Of a stretch of 64,000 nt of DNA, positions 61,301 through 64,000 are shown piece after piece. Made by a program: the position numbers and the translations under genes. Each line of letters starts with the position of its first letter. Position 1 is the first letter of the stretch. The stretch comes from Phoronis australis (lineage: Eukaryota > Animalia > Phoronida): assembly GCA_002633005.1 (NCBI GenBank), contig NMRA01000080.1, positions 844,877 to 908,876 on the forward strand. Reading direction: 5' to 3'. Below the pieces are notes generated by a model that searched no databases, was not told the DNA's origin, and worked only from the letters and a program-made list of their open reading frames with translations.

Positions 61301-63900
61301 ACCCATCAAACGCTTTATAATGACTGAATTCTTAAAGAATTAATATAGCTAGAATATGTTACAAAGAAAGGAAGCCTACACATGCTTAAAAAAATAAATG
61401 GAGATATCAATGATTATTTAACTTGTGAAAAAGGAAGGTAGGGATGGTGAATGAGCAGGGGACAATGAATTGAATATCTGCCTGACTTTGAATTAAGCCA
61501 AGGGAACATGTTGGTCAAACATGGGTATCAAAACCTTAGCCTTCTTTACTACAGTATTCTAATAAGTAACAAACGGACCCCGCTCTGGCTGAAACTAAAG
61601 TTCATTCACCTTCCTGAGACATATGGGCAATGCAGCATTTTTTCTTTTTCAACATTCATCATTCACTTGTTTTAATCTGCATTTAGCTGAGATCACAGTT
61701 AATTTATGCTGCATCTAGTGGTGGTTCCTTTTTCACAAATTGTAAGATTATGGAATTCATTGCTATCGCTGAGCAATTAGTGTTGTGTCTCCAATATGTG
61801 ATGAAAGAAATTTGCGTTTCTTCGTTGAATTGTGCGAAATATCCTTTTATAGCCTAACATACTGGAACAACAAAATGGGTGACTTGATTTGTGTTCACCG
61901 TCACTTATCAGAGTGATCTGAATACCCCCAAAAGAATGTAGTAAAATTAGAATGTAGTAATGTATAATGAACTGAACACAAGAGTGCCTTGAATTGATGC
62001 CTGACGAATTAATAAACTCCCAAAGCATCATAGTCAATCAATCTGCTAGTGTATCATAATGACAGAACCCATAAAATAAACAATTCCGTGGTGTGCAAGG
62101 CAATAAAAGGCTCAAAATAAGTGAGCCTATGAAATATGAGTTAATGAACAAGCGTGAAGGTAACAAATGTCCCACTGTGGTACCATTTCAAGAAACCTCA
62201 CATATAGTGCAAAAGGTTTATCAAGATAATTGAATGAGTCTGCAGAGGGTCATTAAATGAACCTAAGAATAAATGGCCTGTAAAATAAAAGAACTCATGA
62301 GATTTGATGAACTAATGAATCTGTAACCTGTCATGCATTTCCAGTGGTAAAGAATCCATGAAATGCTGCAAAAATGGTGTCTTGAATGAAACTGTGGTAA
62401 AAATCAATGATGTGCAATAAATAATTTTTGTAATATGGTGGGAGATGTTGTCTCCTAGCATTTAGTTGGGTTTACAGTTATTTTATGCTGCATGAAGTGG
62501 TGTTTCCCTTCTTTAAAAATTGGAAATTATTGAATTCATTGTTATTACTGACAGTTAATGTTGTGTATGTTAATGTGAATATGTGAGGAAAAGATCTTGT
62601 GTTTCTTGTGTCTCAGACTCCATTGTATAAAATGGTGGATCAACACAATGGGTGTCACTTGACTTTTGTAGGTCTCTGTTTCTAAGAGTTGTCTTAATAC
62701 CCCTCACGATAATGTATTGAAATTTATATAGATAATTGATTATCAGTTGAACAAAAGAGTGGGTCAAATTAACGGAGCCCTGTGATATGTGGCAATTGAC
62801 GGAATGTGTTACCCGCTGTTCTGATTTCTCCTTACCTTCATTCTGTAACATAGAACGCAGACGATTATATGGACTGGTGGGGTGAATTTCTCTGATTTCC
62901 GTCTGTTTCCTTCCGGTTGTGATGTAAGCGTGGTGGCAAATAGATGATTTCACAAAATCAACAATAATGTCTGACCAATTAAGAAAGCCCTAAAATATCA
63001 CAATGAATAAACAGGTGCACCAAAATGTCAGAACCAGTAATATAATGATCGCATAGAGGCAGCAAAATGCTAAAAATAAAATCAGCGTATCAATTGCAAA
63101 CATCAGTGAACTCAATATGTAAAATATAGCGATAACCAAAGTTCTAAACTGGTACTAGTTCAAGAAATTACACCTACAAAAGACAAACCCGTTGAAGTTA
63201 ACACAAACTTTGAAACAAATTTAGATAGAATTGTTGTCTGGCCGAATTCGTGATAACTTGGAATTTTTCCCAGCTGGACTACCACAATCTGAGGTCTCAT
63301 TGGCGACCTGCCGGTCGAGTGGTGGAACTCTTGAAACATGACAAATGATCAGCCTGAAATGCAGCAAATAATGGAGTCTTGACTGAAATGACATGAAATA
63401 ATGAATTATCAAAAGGAGTTAAATGAACAAAATGTAAAATTCACCTATCAAGTGAATCTATTGGTATTAGTTCACAAAATCCTACATACAAAAGGTTAAT
63501 GGAGATGAAGTGAAAAACGAAAAATGTGATAAATAAATGGAAATGTGATGATTGTTTCAAATCTGAAATGGAAGAGGGAATGAATTCAATAACAAGGCGG
63601 ATGATAACATCTCATCTCATGCAACACTGACAAAGGAGAAATTTGATTTAACACCCTAAGCAATGTTTGAAGAGTTGAATGGTGGAATTCATTATGGATT
63701 GAAGAAAACACTGCATTAAATTAATGCCACAGTTGAATGAGTCTGTAGATTGTCATGTGATAACTAGAGTTGTGAACTAGGAATTCTCACATGAAGGTTA
63801 ATGAAGATTATTTGTAAATTGCGAAAATTTAATGAGCCCATTGAATTATTGAATGTTGAAAAATGTTCCCTACAAACCAAAAAAGTACTTACGAATGGAG
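55400..63900. repeat. Degenerate A-rich satellite-like block with a higher-order duplication of about 2.15 kb
   Basis: About 58950-59800 recurs at about 61125-61960; motifs such as AATACCCCCAAA, CCCATGAAAT and CATAATGACAGAAC recur throughout. Confidence 0.7.
55972..58221. repeat. 750-bp x 3 near-identical tandem array, with a diverged 4th unit to about 58640
   Basis: Units start at 55972, 56722, 57472 and 58222; the ORF track repeats with period 750. Confidence 0.95.
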
Positions 63901-64000
63901 ATGTGAACAAAGGAAGCTTTCCCATTAAGGCAACTTCGGTTACGGAAGCTATCCAACTTTAATTTTCACCGGCTGATCTTACCAGTACCTCCTATTTTTT

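Overview
This is AT-rich, repeat-rich animal genomic DNA, most likely a heterozygous invertebrate draft assembly, with single-n contig joins at 1930, 12826 and 30704 and a short gap near 48321. Most ORFs in the supplied track are spurious; the real genes are split by GT-AG introns and were rebuilt by hand. (1) On the + strand, 3584-18034, are nine exons of a GH13 alpha-glucosidase-fold protein that has lost all three catalytic positions, i.e. an SLC3/rBAT-like amino-acid-transporter heavy chain; its 5' exons were not found. (2) On the - strand, 44586-22241, is a complete cytoplasmic dynein-1 intermediate chain: 15 core exons (about 625 aa) plus a cassette of phase-1 micro-exons and alternative acceptors in the disordered N-terminal region. 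The two genes converge. Introns hold many non-autonomous elements (Kolobok-, Harbinger- and hAT-like MITEs, a tRNA-derived SINE, and a DINE-1/Helentron-type element carrying an array of CTCF-like motifs). From 45 to 64 kb there is no convincing CDS. That region contains a 1.8-kb palindrome whose centre carries two inverted 13-8-13 lox/FRT-shaped sites, followed by an A-rich satellite block with a young 3 x 750-bp array.
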